DNA of 35,577 nt from a virus (IMGVR_UViG_2778261575_000001), one strand, 5' to 3'; numbered from the stretch's first letter, positions 16,446-26,605 are shown. Notes: a model not told the origin generated them from the letters alone. Numbers and translations: made by a program.

Positions 16446-16903
16446 GCAGAGTCACCGCGATTATCTCCGCTCTGATTATCTGCATCATCGTCTGCCTGTC
16501 ATGGTCTGTTAATCATTACCGTGATAACGCCATTACCTACAAAGCCCAGCGCGACAAAAATGCCAGAGAACTGAAGCTGGCGAACGCGGCAATTACTGAC
16601 ATGCAGATGCGTCAGCGTGATGTTGCTGCGCTCGATGCAAAATACACGAAGGAGTTAGCTGATGCGAAAGCTGAAAATGATGCTCTGCGTGATGATGTTG
16701 CCGCTGGTCGTCGTCGGTTGCACATCAAAGCAGTCTGTCAGTCAGTGCGTGAAGCCACCACCGCCTCCGGCGTGGATAATGCAGCCTCCCCCCGACTGGC
16801 AGACACCGCTGAACGGGATTATTTCACCCTCAGAGAGAGGCTGATCACTATGCAAAAACAACTGGAAGGAACCCAGAAGTATATTAATGAGCAGTGCAGA
16901 TAG
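16442..16903 (+). CDS. Rz: spanin inner-membrane subunit Rz
   Basis: 153-aa ORF matching lambda Rz, with an N-terminal TM segment; ATGA overlap with R. Confidence 0.9.
   Translation: MSRVTAIISALIICIIVCLSWSVNHYRDNAITYKAQRDKNARELKLANAAITDMQMRQRDVAALDAKYTKELADAKAENDALRDDVAAGRRRLHIKAVCQSVREATTASGVDNAASPRLADTAERDYFTLRERLITMQKQLEGTQKYINEQCR
16662..16844 (+). CDS. Rz1: spanin outer-membrane lipoprotein Rz1 (embedded in Rz, +1 frame)
   Basis: 60-aa ORF matching lambda Rz1 ([23 protein letters not shown]...PPPPPAW...), with lipobox and proline-rich region; wholly inside Rz. Confidence 0.85.
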   Translation: MRKLKMMLCVMMLPLVVVGCTSKQSVSQCVKPPPPPAWIMQPPPDWQTPLNGIISPSERG

Positions 16904-16934
16904 AGCTGCCCATATCGATGGGCAACTCATGCAA

Positions 16935-17228
16935 TTATTGTGAGCAATACACACGCGCTTCCAGCGGAGTATAAATGCCTAAAGTAATAAAACCGAGCAA
17001 TCCATTTACGAATGTTTGCTGGGTTTCTGTTTTAACAACATTTTCTGCACCACCACAAATTTTTGCTGCATCGACAGTTTTCTTCTGCCCAATTCCCGAA
17101 ACGAAGAAATGATGGGTGATGGTTTCCTTTGGTGTTACTGCTGTAGGTTTGTTTCCAACAGTAAATGTCTGTTGAGCACATCCTGTAATAAGCATTGCCA
17201 GAGCGGCAGAAAACAACATTTTTTTCAT
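16935..17228 (-). CDS. bor: Bor lipoprotein (serum-resistance associated)
   Basis: 97 aa from the ATG at 17228 (MKKML.....LITGCAQQTFTV.NKP.AV.PKETITHHFFVSGIGQKKTVDAAKICGG...) matches lambda Bor. Confidence 0.9.
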   Translation of the reverse strand: MKKMLFSAALAMLITGCAQQTFTVGNKPTAVTPKETITHHFFVSGIGQKKTVDAAKICGGAENVVKTETQQTFVNGLLGFITLGIYTPLEARVYCSQ

Positions 17229-17708
17229 CTTATTATCCTGCATTGTTAAAAACGGCAGAATCCTATGTGACAACAATTAAACGATAGTTAAATGGATTGA
17301 TGAAAATTAAAACTACACAGGTGGGCTCAGACTATTGGAGGAAGTTGGGGACACTCAGAATCCTGTGGAATGAAATAAACCGGTCTATCCGTCCATTACC
17401 CTTTTAGCTGCGCTGTATCGTCGCCGTATTCCCGCATTAACCATGACCGTAGCCCGACGGGGAATTCCTTCTGCGTGAGTGTGCGGGAATAATTAAAAAC
17501 GATGCACACCGGGTTTTTACCGCGTTAATGATTCGCGGGTTTATCCCGGTGCGATGGTGGAAGAAACAGGAAGCTGTATTACAGAAAGTGCTACTACTGT
17601 ATCCCGATGCGATGTATGTAATGTGAGTCAGATAATGGCACAGGATGTGGTGATGTGGCAGTCTGGAACACAGGATATATTGTCAGAATAAGACCCGTAG
17701 GAATAAAA

Positions 17709-18035
17709 ATGAAAAGACGCCTTTTACTACTTTTTCTGTTATCTGTCCTGGCAGTGGGATGCTCGCAGCAAAAAGCTGATGAGCCCCGGCAATTAGTGAC
17801 GGTGTATCCACGATATCCGGAATATGCTGCAGCAAATTATATCAAGGGGCTGGTTGAGGTTAAGTTCGATATTGGTGCTGATGGGACTGTGACACGGATC
17901 GTTTTTCTCCGCTCAGAGCCTCATAATTTGTTTCGTGATGAAGTGGTGAAGGCCATGGCGAAATGGCGATTTGAAAAGAATCGCCCCTGTCAGGGAGTGA
18001 AGAGACAATTTATCTTTACGCCGTCACGTCCTTGA
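17709..18035 (+). CDS. envelope lipoprotein with TonB-C-like domain (lambdap78/YbcV-position)
   Basis: 108 aa from the ATG at 17709 with an RBS; signal peptide and lipobox (LAVGCSQQ); C-terminal segment resembles a TonB C-terminal fold (VYPRYPEYAAANYIKGLVEVKFDIGADGTV). The track ORF starts upstream at 17655. Confidence 0.5.
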   Translation: MKRRLLLLFLLSVLAVGCSQQKADEPRQLVTVYPRYPEYAAANYIKGLVEVKFDIGADGTVTRIVFLRSEPHNLFRDEVVKAMAKWRFEKNRPCQGVKRQFIFTPSRP

Positions 18036-18398
18036 TGCTTCCAGGTAGAGAGGGGCTGTAAGCAGGAGAAAAATGAAAGAGCCAGCGGTTATATTTTTGT
18101 CATGGCTGACGAGGAATGATGGAAGAAGGCGTTGTATGCCACACAACGCCTCACTGTTCATTTCTTCTTTTTCTCTGGTGGAACCCGATGAATAAGAGTT
18201 GCACTGGTTTCCGATGAGATGGCGATATACTCGGGCAAAGTATGCTGGCAGTTTTCCAACTGGTCAAAAATACCTGCTCTCGTCTGTTGCAATGCCTGCA
18301 GCATGCGGCGGCAATGCGCCTTGCTTTTACTAACCATCTTTCCTTCCTCTATCAGTCGCTGCGTGAACTCATCATGGAATACCAGGTAAATGCGGATG

Positions 18399-18650
18399 TT
18401 ATCGGTTTTGGCTACGCAGCATAGTACAAAACGGACAGGTGCATCCCGGGACGGGGGAGGCGTCACATGTCCCTGTGATGGTTGTTCCGGGTAATGTACT
18501 GTGTGGGGCATAAAAATGTCCGATAATTTTACTTTCTACCGCAGTTAGTTGATTCGTTGGTCCTGGTAGCACATTGGGCGAGGATTTAAATGCCAGGCAA
18601 CTGAAGGATGATGTCGCAAGGGAGATAGCGAGAATATTTCTGATTTTCAT
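18399..18650 (-). CDS. hypothetical small secreted protein
   Basis: 84 aa from an internal ATG with AGAGG 10 nt upstream; N-terminal signal-peptide-like segment (MKIRNILAISLATSSFSCLA); overlaps another minus-strand ORF (18158..18511) in a different frame. Confidence 0.25.
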   Translation of the reverse strand: MKIRNILAISLATSSFSCLAFKSSPNVLPGPTNQLTAVESKIIGHFYAPHSTLPGTTITGTCDASPVPGCTCPFCTMLRSQNR

Positions 18651-18798
18651 TTGATGATGCCTCTGTGTGAAATGACGGTAAACGACGCACTTGTGCCGGC
18701 ACATAATAGCAAGCACCATAATAGATCAGATTCGATTCTTGCTGTAAGTGATAATTATTCTCGTTTTCGGGTCCTTTCCGTCGATCCAACAGGTTACG

Positions 18799-18810
18799 GG
18801 GCGGCGACCT
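18799..18810. other. cos: cosN cohesive-end site
   Basis: GGGCGGCGACCT, identical to the lambda 12-nt cohesive end, flanked by lambda-like sequence on both sides (..CAGGTTACG | GGGCGGCGACCTCGCGG.TTTTC.CTATTTATGAAAATTTT..), about 180 bp upstream of nu1. Confidence 0.8.
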
Positions 18811-18986
18811 CGCGGTTTTTCACTATTTATGAAAATTTTTCAGGGAAAATCGTGTCGGTACTTCTCGAATATAACTTTTTGTTTTTTTTAATATTGCATC
18901 CGTAAAGGTCCGACATGAAAGTGTCCGAAAATGCCTTTTTCTGGCGTTTTCATGTCGGGCCTTGTATTTGATAATGGGTTGTTTTC

Positions 18987-19535
18987 ATGAAGGTTAATAA
19001 AAAGAGGCTTGCCGAAATTTTCAACGTGGACCCGCGGACGATTGAACGCTGGCAGTCTCAGGGACTCCCTTGCGCCTCCAAAGGTAGTAAGGGCATTGAA
19101 TCTGTATTTGATACTGCCATGGCAATTCAGTGGTATGCGCAGAGGGAAACTGATATCGAAAACGAAAAGCTCCGCAAAGAACTGGACGATTTGCGTGCGG
19201 CAGCGGAGTCAGATTTACAACCCGGCACCATTGACTATGAACGCTACCGGCTCACAAAAGCGCAGGCAGATGCGCAGGAACTGAAAAATGCCCGTGAAGA
19301 CGGAGTAGTGCTGGAAACTGAACTGTTTACCTTCATTCTGCAACGTGTGGCACAGGAGATTTCGGGGATACTTGTGCGTGTGCCGTTGACATTACAGCGT
19401 AAATATCCGGACATTTCACCATCACACCTTGATGTGGTGAAAACTGAAATCGCGAAAGCCTCCAATGTTGCAGCTAAGGCCGGTGAAAACGTGGGCGGGT
19501 GGATCGATGATTTCAGACGCGCAGAAGGCAGCTAA
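18987..19535 (+). CDS. nu1: terminase small subunit Nu1
   Basis: 182-aa ORF matching lambda Nu1 (M.VNKK.LA.IF....RTI..WQ.QG.P...IENEKLR.E...LR...[26 protein letters not shown]). Confidence 0.9.
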
Positions 19536-21435
19536 TGCAGCCGGTGCGATAGCTACAGGGCTTTTATCTCTCATTATTCCTGTTCCACTGACGACAGTTC
19601 AGTGGGCCAATAAACATTATTACCTTCCTAAAGAGTCGTCTTATACCCCGGGGCGGTGGGAAACACTGCCGTTTCAGGTTGGCATCATGAACTGTATGGG
19701 CAACGATCTGATTCGCACGGTTAACCTGATTAAATCTGCCCGTGTTGGTTATACAAAGATGTTGCTGGGAGTGGAGGCTTATTTTATTGAGCATAAATCA
19801 CGCAACAGCCTTCTTTTTCAGCCCACGGACTCAGCTGCTGAAGATTTTATGAAATCTCATGTTGAGCCAACGATAAGGGATGTTCCTGCATTGCTGGAGC
19901 TGGCTCCATGGTTCGGAAGAAAACACCGCGATAATACGCTCACCCTGAAGCGTTTTTCCTCCGGTGTGGGGTTCTGGTGTCTGGGTGGTGCGGCAGCAAA
20001 AAACTACCGTGAAAAATCCGTGGATGTGGTCTGTTATGACGAGCTTTCCTCGTTCGAACCGGATGTTGAAAAAGAGGGTTCGCCAACCCTGCTGGGGGAT
20101 AAACGTATTGAGGGCTCTGTATGGCCAAAATCCATTCGCGGCTCGACGCCTAAAATCAAAGGCTCCTGCCAGATCGAAAAAGCCGCTAACGAGTCGGCAC
20201 ACTTCATGCGTTTTTATGTGCCCTGTCCGCACTGTGGGGAGGAGCAGTATCTGAAATTTGGCGATGATGCCTCGCCTTTCGGTCTTAAGTGGGAGAAGAA
20301 TAAGCCAGAAAGTGTTTTCTACCTTTGTGAGCATCATGGCTGTGTGATCCATCAGTCTGAGCTTGACCAGAGTAACGGGCGGTGGATCTGTGAAAACACG
20401 GGCATGTGGACCCGTGACGGCCTGATGTTTTTCAGCGCCCGGGGTGATGAAATTCCGCCGCCGCGCTCCATCACTTTCCATATCTGGACGGCGTACAGTC
20501 CGTTCACCACCTGGGTACAGATTGTCTATGACTGGCTGGATGCACTGAAAGATCCCAACGGCCTGAAAACCTTTGTGAACACCACGCTGGGCGAGACCTG
20601 GGAAGAGGCTGTGGGCGAAAAACTCGATCACCAGGTGCTGATGGATAAGGTTGTGCGTTACACGGCGGCGGTGCCTGCCCGGGTGGTTTATCTGACGGCG
20701 GGCATTGACTCGCAGCGAAACCGTTTTGAGATGTATGTCTGGGGATGGGCTCCGGGAGAGGAAGCCTTTCTGGTGGATAAAATCATCATTATGGGGCGTC
20801 CCGATGAGGAAGAGACGCTGTTACGTGTGGATGCGGCGATCAACAAAAAATACCGCCATGCAGACGGAACCGAAATGACTATTTCCCGTGTCTGCTGGGA
20901 CATCGGGGGGATCGATGGCGAAATCGTTTATCAGAGGTCAAAAAAACACGGTGTTTTCCGGGTGCTGCCGGTAAAAGGCGCATCTGTCTATGGCAAGCCG
21001 GTGATCACCATGCCAAAAACCCGCAATCAGCGGGGCGTGTATCTGTGTGAAGTGGGGACGGACACCGCAAAAGAAATTCTCTATGCCCGTATGAAAGCCG
21101 ATCCCACGCCTGTGGATGAAGCCACGTCGTATGCCATCCGTTTTCCTGATGATCCGGAGATTTTTTCGCAGACAGAGGCGCAGCAACTGGTCGCGGAAGA
21201 GCTTGTGGAGAAGTGGGAAAAAGGAAAGATGCGTCTGCTGTGGGATAACAAAAAGCGGCGTAACGAAGCGCTGGACTGCCTGGTGTATGCCTACGCGGCA
21301 TTACGTGTGTCCGTGCAACGCTGGCAGCTTGATCTGGCTGTACTGGCAAAATCCCGGGAAGAAGAGACGACCCGGCCAACCCTTAAAGAACTGGCAGCGA
21401 AGCTGTCCGGAGGAGTGAATGGTTACAGTCGCTGA
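19507..21435 (+). CDS. A: terminase large subunit A
   Basis: Long ORF matching lambda gpA (..[49 protein letters not shown]...). ATG at 19507 chosen for its GGTGG RBS; an upstream in-frame ATG at 19465 is also possible. Confidence 0.9.
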
Positions 21436-21625
21436 ACTGCAGGCGCTGCGTCAGGCGCGCCTTGATTTATTAACCGGTAAACGGGTGGTGTCTGTCCAGA
21501 AAGATGGTCGCAGAATTGAATATACGGCGGCTTCTCTGGATGAGCTTAACCGGGCGATCAATGATGCGGAGTCGGTACTGGGGACAACCCGGTGTCGCCG
21601 TCGTCCGCTGGGAGTGAAATTATGA
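21419..21625 (+). CDS. W: head-tail joining protein W
   Basis: 68-aa ORF similar to lambda gpW (..L.TGKRV..VQKDGRR.E.TA.S...L......). Confidence 0.85.
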   Translation: MVTVAELQALRQARLDLLTGKRVVSVQKDGRRIEYTAASLDELNRAINDAESVLGTTRCRRRPLGVKL

Positions 21626-23214
21626 AACGAACGCCTGTCCTGATTGATGTGAACGGCGTTCCGCTTCGTGAGAGTCTCAGCTACAACGGGGGCGGTGCAG
21701 GATTTGGCGGGCAAATGGCTGAGTGGTTGCCACCGGCGCAGAGTGCCGATGCGGCCCTGCTGCCCGCGTTGCGTCTGGGGAATGCCCGGGCAGATGATCT
21801 GGTGCGCAATAACGGAATAGCGGCTAATGCGGTGGCTCTGCATAAGGATCACATTGTCGGGCATATGTTTCTGATCAGCTACCGTCCGAACTGGCGCTGG
21901 CTGGGGATGCGGGAGACCGCAGCAAAAAGCTTTGTCGATGAGGTGGAGGCGGCCTGGTCGGAATACGCCGAAGGGATGTTTGGCGAGATCGACGTGGAAG
22001 GAAAACGCACGTTCACGGAATTTATCCGTGAAGGTGTGGGCGTTCATGCGTTTAACGGCGAAATCTTTGTGCAGCCGGTCTGGGATACGGAAACCACGCA
22101 GTTATTCCGTACGCGTTTTAAAGCCGTGAGTCCGAAACGGGTGGACACGCCTGGACACGGTATGGGGAACCGTTTTCTGCGGGCCGGTGTGGAGGTCGAT
22201 CGATATGGCCGTGCCGTCGCGTACCATATCTGTGAGGATGATTTTCCGTTCTCTGGTAGTGGACGATGGGAACGGATCCCGCGTGAACTTCCCACCGGGC
22301 GTCCGGCCATGCTGCATATTTTCGAGCCGGTGGAGGACGGGCAGACCCGTGGGGCTAATCAGTTTTACAGCGTCATGGAACGGCTGAAGATGCTCGATTC
22401 CCTGCAGGCAACACAGCTTCAGTCGGCCATAGTGAAGGCGATGTATGCAGCGACGATTGAAAGTGAACTTGATACCGAAAAGGCCTTTGAATATATCGCC
22501 GGCGCGCCACAGGAGCAGAAGGATAATCCGCTTATTAATATTCTGGAGAAGTTTTCCAGCTGGTATGACACGAATAACGTGACACTGGGCGGTGTCAAAA
22601 TTCCGCACCTTTTCCCTGGTGATGATCTGAAACTACAGACTGCGCAGGATTCAGACAATGGATTTTCTGCGCTTGAACAGGCGCTGCTGCGGTATATCGC
22701 CGCCGGTCTTGGCGTTTCCTACGAACAGTTGTCCCGTGATTACTCGAAGGTCAGTTACTCAAGTGCCCGCGCCTCCGCCAATGAGTCGTGGCGCTATTTT
22801 ATGGGGCGGCGAAAATTTATTGCGGCCCGGCTGGCCACGCAGATGTTTTCCTGCTGGCTGGAAGAGGCACTTCTTCGGGGGATTATTCGTCCGCCACGGG
22901 CACGTTTTGATTTTTATCAGGCGCGATCAGCCTGGTCACGGGCAGAGTGGATTGGTGCCGGAAGAATGGCCATTGACGGGCTCAAGGAAGTCCAGGAATC
23001 AGTGATGCGCATTGAGGCCGGACTGAGCACGTATGAGAAAGAGCTGGCGCTGATGGGCGAGGATTATCAGGACATTTTCCGCCAGCAGGTCAGGGAATCT
23101 GCTGAGCGGCAAAAAGCCGGACTCTCACGTCCGGTGTGGATAGCGCAGGCGTATCAGCAGCAGATAGCGGAGAGTCGTAGGCCGGAAGAGGAGACAACAC
23201 CACGTGAGACGTAA
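21622..23214 (+). CDS. B: portal protein B
   Basis: 530 aa from the ATG at 21622 (ATGA overlap with W); position and size match lambda gpB. The track ORF starts upstream at 21592. Confidence 0.9.
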   Translation: MKRTPVLIDVNGVPLRESLSYNGGGAGFGGQMAEWLPPAQSADAALLPALRLGNARADDLVRNNGIAANAVALHKDHIVGHMFLISYRPNWRWLGMRETAAKSFVDEVEAAWSEYAEGMFGEIDVEGKRTFTEFIREGVGVHAFNGEIFVQPVWDTETTQLFRTRFKAVSPKRVDTPGHGMGNRFLRAGVEVDRYGRAVAYHICEDDFPFSGSGRWERIPRELPTGRPAMLHIFEPVEDGQTRGANQFYSVMERLKMLDSLQATQLQSAIVKAMYAATIESELDTEKAFEYIAGAPQEQKDNPLINILEKFSSWYDTNNVTLGGVKIPHLFPGDDLKLQTAQDSDNGFSALEQALLRYIAAGLGVSYEQLSRDYSKVSYSSARASANESWRYFMGRRKFIAARLATQMFSCWLEEALLRGIIRPPRARFDFYQARSAWSRAEWIGAGRMAIDGLKEVQESVMRIEAGLSTYEKELALMGEDYQDIFRQQVRESAERQKAGLSRPVWIAQAYQQQIAESRRPEEETTPRET

Positions 23215-24709
23215 TCTTTCACACATTATTGCCGCAGCATTCAATGAACCGCTGCTTCTGGAGCCCGCCTATGCGCGGGTTTTCTTTTGCGCGCTCGGGC
23301 GCGAGATGGGGGCAGCAAGTCTTTCGGTACCACAACAGCAGGTACAGTTTGATGCTCTCGGAATGCTGGCTGAAACGGACGAGTACATGGCCGGAGGTAA
23401 ACGACCGGCCCGTGTTTACAGGGTGGTGAACGGTATTGCTGTACTGCCGGTGACCGGCACGCTGGTGCACCGGCTGGGTGGTATGCGGCCATTTTCCGGA
23501 ATGACAGGCTATGACGGTATTGTCTCCTGTCTTCAGCAGGCAATGGCGGATAGCCAGGTGCGGGGCGTACTGCTGGACATTGACAGTCCGGGCGGGCAGG
23601 CCGCCGGCGCGTTTGACTGCGCTGACATGATTTACCGCCTCCGTCAGCAGAAGCCGGTCTGGGCACTGTGCAATGACACGGCCTGTTCTGCAGCCATGCT
23701 GCTGGCGTCGGCCTGCTCCCGACGGCTGGTTACCCAGACATCCCGTATCGGTTCCATTGGCGTGATGATGAGCCATGTCAGCTATGCCGGTCATCTGGCG
23801 CAGGCCGGTGTGGATATCACGCTGATTTACTCAGGGGCGCACAAGGTGGATGGCAATCAGTTTGAAGCGTTGCCGGCAGAGGTTCGCCAGGACATGCAGC
23901 AGCGGATTGATGCGGCGCGCCGGATGTTTGCCGAAAAAGTGGCGATGTTTACCGGTCTGTCTGTTGATGCAGTCACGGGAACAGAGGCCGCTGTTTTTGA
24001 AGGTCAGTCCGGCATTGAGGCCGGGCTGGCGGATGAATTAATCAATGCGTCGGATGCCATCAGTGTGATGGCCACGGCGCTGAACAGTAATGTCAGAGGA
24101 GGCACTATGCCGCAATTAACTGCAACGGAAGCCGCCGCGCAGGAGAACCAGCGAGTGATGGGGATCCTGACATGCCAGGAAGCGAAAGGACGTGAACAGC
24201 TTGCCACGATGCTGGCAGGACAACAGGGCATGAGCGTTGAACAGGCCCGGGCGATTCTGGCCGCGGCGGCACCGCAGCAGCCGGTGGCATCCACGCAGAG
24301 TGAAGCCGATCGCATTATGGCGTGTGAAGAAGCGAACGGTCGTGAACAACTGGCGGCAACGCTGGCGGCGATGCCGGAGATGACGGTGGAAAAAGCCCGC
24401 CCGATCCTGGCTGCTTCACCGCAGGCGGATGCCGGACCATCACTCCGTGATCAGATCATGGCACTGGATGAGGCAAAAGGGGCTGAGGTGCAGGCTGAAC
24501 AGCTGGCTGCCTGCCCGGGAATAACTGTGGAGTGCGCCCGGGCTGTGCTGGCTGCGGGATCAGGTAAGGCAGAACCGGTCTCTGCATCCACAACCGCCAT
24601 GTTTGAACATTTCATGGCGAACCATTCACCGGCAGCGGTACAGGGTGGCGTGCCACAGACGTCAGCAGACGGTGATGCGGACGTGAAAATGCTCATGGCC
24701 ATGCCATGA
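23204..24709 (+). CDS. C: head protease / scaffold protein C (S49/ClpP-like), with C-terminal repeats
   Basis: 501-aa ORF with GTG start; N-terminal ~300 aa match lambda gpC (..AFNEPL.LEPAYARVFFCAL... PVWAL.ND..CSA..LLASA.SRRLVTQT.R.GSIGVMM.H); the C-terminal part carries three tandem ~35-aa repeats. Confidence 0.9.
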   Translation: MRRNLSHIIAAAFNEPLLLEPAYARVFFCALGREMGAASLSVPQQQVQFDALGMLAETDEYMAGGKRPARVYRVVNGIAVLPVTGTLVHRLGGMRPFSGMTGYDGIVSCLQQAMADSQVRGVLLDIDSPGGQAAGAFDCADMIYRLRQQKPVWALCNDTACSAAMLLASACSRRLVTQTSRIGSIGVMMSHVSYAGHLAQAGVDITLIYSGAHKVDGNQFEALPAEVRQDMQQRIDAARRMFAEKVAMFTGLSVDAVTGTEAAVFEGQSGIEAGLADELINASDAISVMATALNSNVRGGTMPQLTATEAAAQENQRVMGILTCQEAKGREQLATMLAGQQGMSVEQARAILAAAAPQQPVASTQSEADRIMACEEANGREQLAATLAAMPEMTVEKARPILAASPQADAGPSLRDQIMALDEAKGAEVQAEQLAACPGITVECARAVLAAGSGKAEPVSASTTAMFEHFMANHSPAAVQGGVPQTSADGDADVKMLMAMP

Positions 24710-24745
24710 AGCCAGTGCTGACCATCAATAGGAGGTTTTTACAAT

Positions 24746-25093
24746 ATGGTGACGAAAACCATCACTGAACAGCGTGCGGAAGTACGTATTTTTGCCGGTA
24801 ATGATCCGGCTCATACCGCCACAGGCAGCAGCGGGATTTCTTCTGCAACACCGGCTCTGACGCCCCTGATGCTGGATGAAGCCACCGGGAAACTGGTGGT
24901 CTGGGACGGACAGAAAGCCGGTAGTGCGGTTGGCATACTGGTACTGCCGCTTGAAGGCACAGAGACGGCGCTGACGTATTACAAGTCGGGAACCTTTGCG
25001 ACGGAGGCAATCCACTGGCCTGAAAGTGTGGATGAACACAAAAAGGCCAACGCCTTTGCTGGCAGTGCCCTGAGTCACGCGGCGCTGCCGTAA
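24746..25093 (+). CDS. D: head decoration protein D
   Basis: 115-aa ORF with AGGAGG RBS; matches lambda gpD (..DPAHTAT...G.S...PA.TPLMLD....KLV.WDG...G.AVGIL...). Confidence 0.9.
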   Translation: MVTKTITEQRAEVRIFAGNDPAHTATGSSGISSATPALTPLMLDEATGKLVVWDGQKAGSAVGILVLPLEGTETALTYYKSGTFATEAIHWPESVDEHKKANAFAGSALSHAALP

Positions 25094-25150
25094 CACGTTA
25101 TCAGGCCACCGCGGTGGCCTGACTGATTTCTGAATGAAAGGAACTGATTT

Positions 25151-26179
25151 ATGGGATTGTTTACGACCCGCCAGTTACTCGGTTATACCGAACAAAAAGT
25201 TAAATTTCGTGCGCTGTTTCTGGAACTGTTTTTCCGCCGTACGGTGAATTTCCATACCGAAGAGGTGATGCTGGACAAAATTACCGGAAAAACGCCGGTG
25301 GCGGCCTATGTCTCCCCGGTTGTTGAAGGAAAAGTGCTGCGTCATCGTGGTGGTGAAACCCGCGTGTTGCGTCCGGGCTACGTCAAGCCGAAACACGAAT
25401 TTAATTACCAGCAGGCGGTTGAGCGCCTTCCTGGTGAAGATCCATCTCAACTGAATGATCCGGCTTACCGCCGTCTGCGTATCATTACCGATAACCTCAA
25501 ACAGGAAGAGCACGCGATTGTCCAGGTGGAAGAAATGCAGGCGGTAAATGCTGTGTTGTATGGCAAATACACCATGGAAGGAGACCAGTTCGAGAAAATT
25601 GAGGTCGATTTTGGCAGGTCGACGAAGAATAACATCACTCAGGGTAGTGGTAAGGAGTGGTCAAAACAGGATCGTGACACGTTCGATCCTACACATGATA
25701 TTGACCTCTACTGCGACCAGGCCAGCGGTCTTGTGAATATTGCCATTATGGACGGTACCGTCTGGCGTCTTCTGAATGGTTTTAAGCTGTTCCGCGAAAA
25801 ACTGGATACCCGTCGCGGTTCAAATTCTCAACTCGAAACGGCAGTGAAAGATCTGGGCGCAGTGGTGTCCTTCAAGGGGTATTACGGCGATCTGGCCATT
25901 GTGGTGGCGAAAACGTCTTATATAGCAGAAGACGGTATCGAAAAACGTTATCTTCCAGATGGCATGCTGGTTCTGGGGAATACTGCTGCAGATGGGATCC
26001 GTTGTTACGGTGCCATTCAGGATGCTCAGGCGTTGTCCGAAGGTGTGGTGGCCTCTTCCCGTTATCCGAAACACTGGCTGACGGTAGGGGATCCCGCCCG
26101 TGAATTTACCATGACGCAGTCCGCGCCGCTGATGGTGTTGCCGGACCCGGATGAGTTTGTGGTGGTACAGGTGAAATAA
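25151..26179 (+). CDS. E: major capsid protein E
   Basis: 342-aa ORF matching lambda gpE (..FLRLFFR......TE.V.L..I.G......YVSP.V.G.V...RGG.T....PGYVKPKHE ... TRRGSNS.LETAVKDLG...). Confidence 0.95.
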   Translation: MGLFTTRQLLGYTEQKVKFRALFLELFFRRTVNFHTEEVMLDKITGKTPVAAYVSPVVEGKVLRHRGGETRVLRPGYVKPKHEFNYQQAVERLPGEDPSQLNDPAYRRLRIITDNLKQEEHAIVQVEEMQAVNAVLYGKYTMEGDQFEKIEVDFGRSTKNNITQGSGKEWSKQDRDTFDPTHDIDLYCDQASGLVNIAIMDGTVWRLLNGFKLFREKLDTRRGSNSQLETAVKDLGAVVSFKGYYGDLAIVVAKTSYIAEDGIEKRYLPDGMLVLGNTAADGIRCYGAIQDAQALSEGVVASSRYPKHWLTVGDPAREFTMTQSAPLMVLPDPDEFVVVQVK

Positions 26180-26187
26180 TCCGTGAG

Positions 26188-26216
26188 CGGGGGCGAAATG
26201 CCCCCGTGTCTTTTTT
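26188..26216 (+). terminator. intrinsic terminator immediately after the major capsid gene
   Basis: Stem CGGGGGC(26188-26194)/GCCCCCG(26200-26206), loop GAAAT, then TTTTTT (26211-26216); lies between the E stop (26179) and the FI ATG (26231). Confidence 0.55.
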
Positions 26217-26230
26217 CACAGGGGGCTGAT

Positions 26231-26605
26231 ATGGCAACGAAAGAGCAAAATCTGAAACGGCTTGATGAACTGGCCCTGATTCTGGGGCGTGAGCCGGATA
26301 TATCCGGGAGTGCCGCAGAGATAGCGCAGCGGGTGGCAGAATGGGAAGAGGAAATGCAGTCATCCGGCGATGATGTACAGGTTATGAATATGGATATCCG
26401 GGAGCGGGAAACCGCGGCTCATGATGTTCGTGAGGAAACATCCGGCGCGTTAACGCGCATCAGAGTTCTGACCTGCCTCCATCTCTGTGGCGTTGATGGT
26501 GAAACGGGGGAATCCGTTGAGCTTGCGGATGTTGGTCGGGTGATTCTGATTATGTCCTCAGATGCAAAAACACACGTTGATGGTGGAATGGCTGTTTATG
26601 CGTGA
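26231..26605 (+). CDS. FI: DNA packaging protein FI-like
   Basis: 124 aa from the ATG at 26231 with a GGGGG RBS; assigned by position between E and FII with only weak N-terminal resemblance to lambda FI. The track ORF starts at GTG 26183 inside the terminator. Confidence 0.55.
   Translation: MATKEQNLKRLDELALILGREPDISGSAAEIAQRVAEWEEEMQSSGDDVQVMNMDIRERETAAHDVREETSGALTRIRVLTCLHLCGVDGETGESVELADVGRVILIMSSDAKTHVDGGMAVYA

Noticed and set aside
19831-20631. 266-aa minus-strand ORF
   Set aside because: Lies entirely within the terminase large subunit gene on the opposite strand; shadow ORF.
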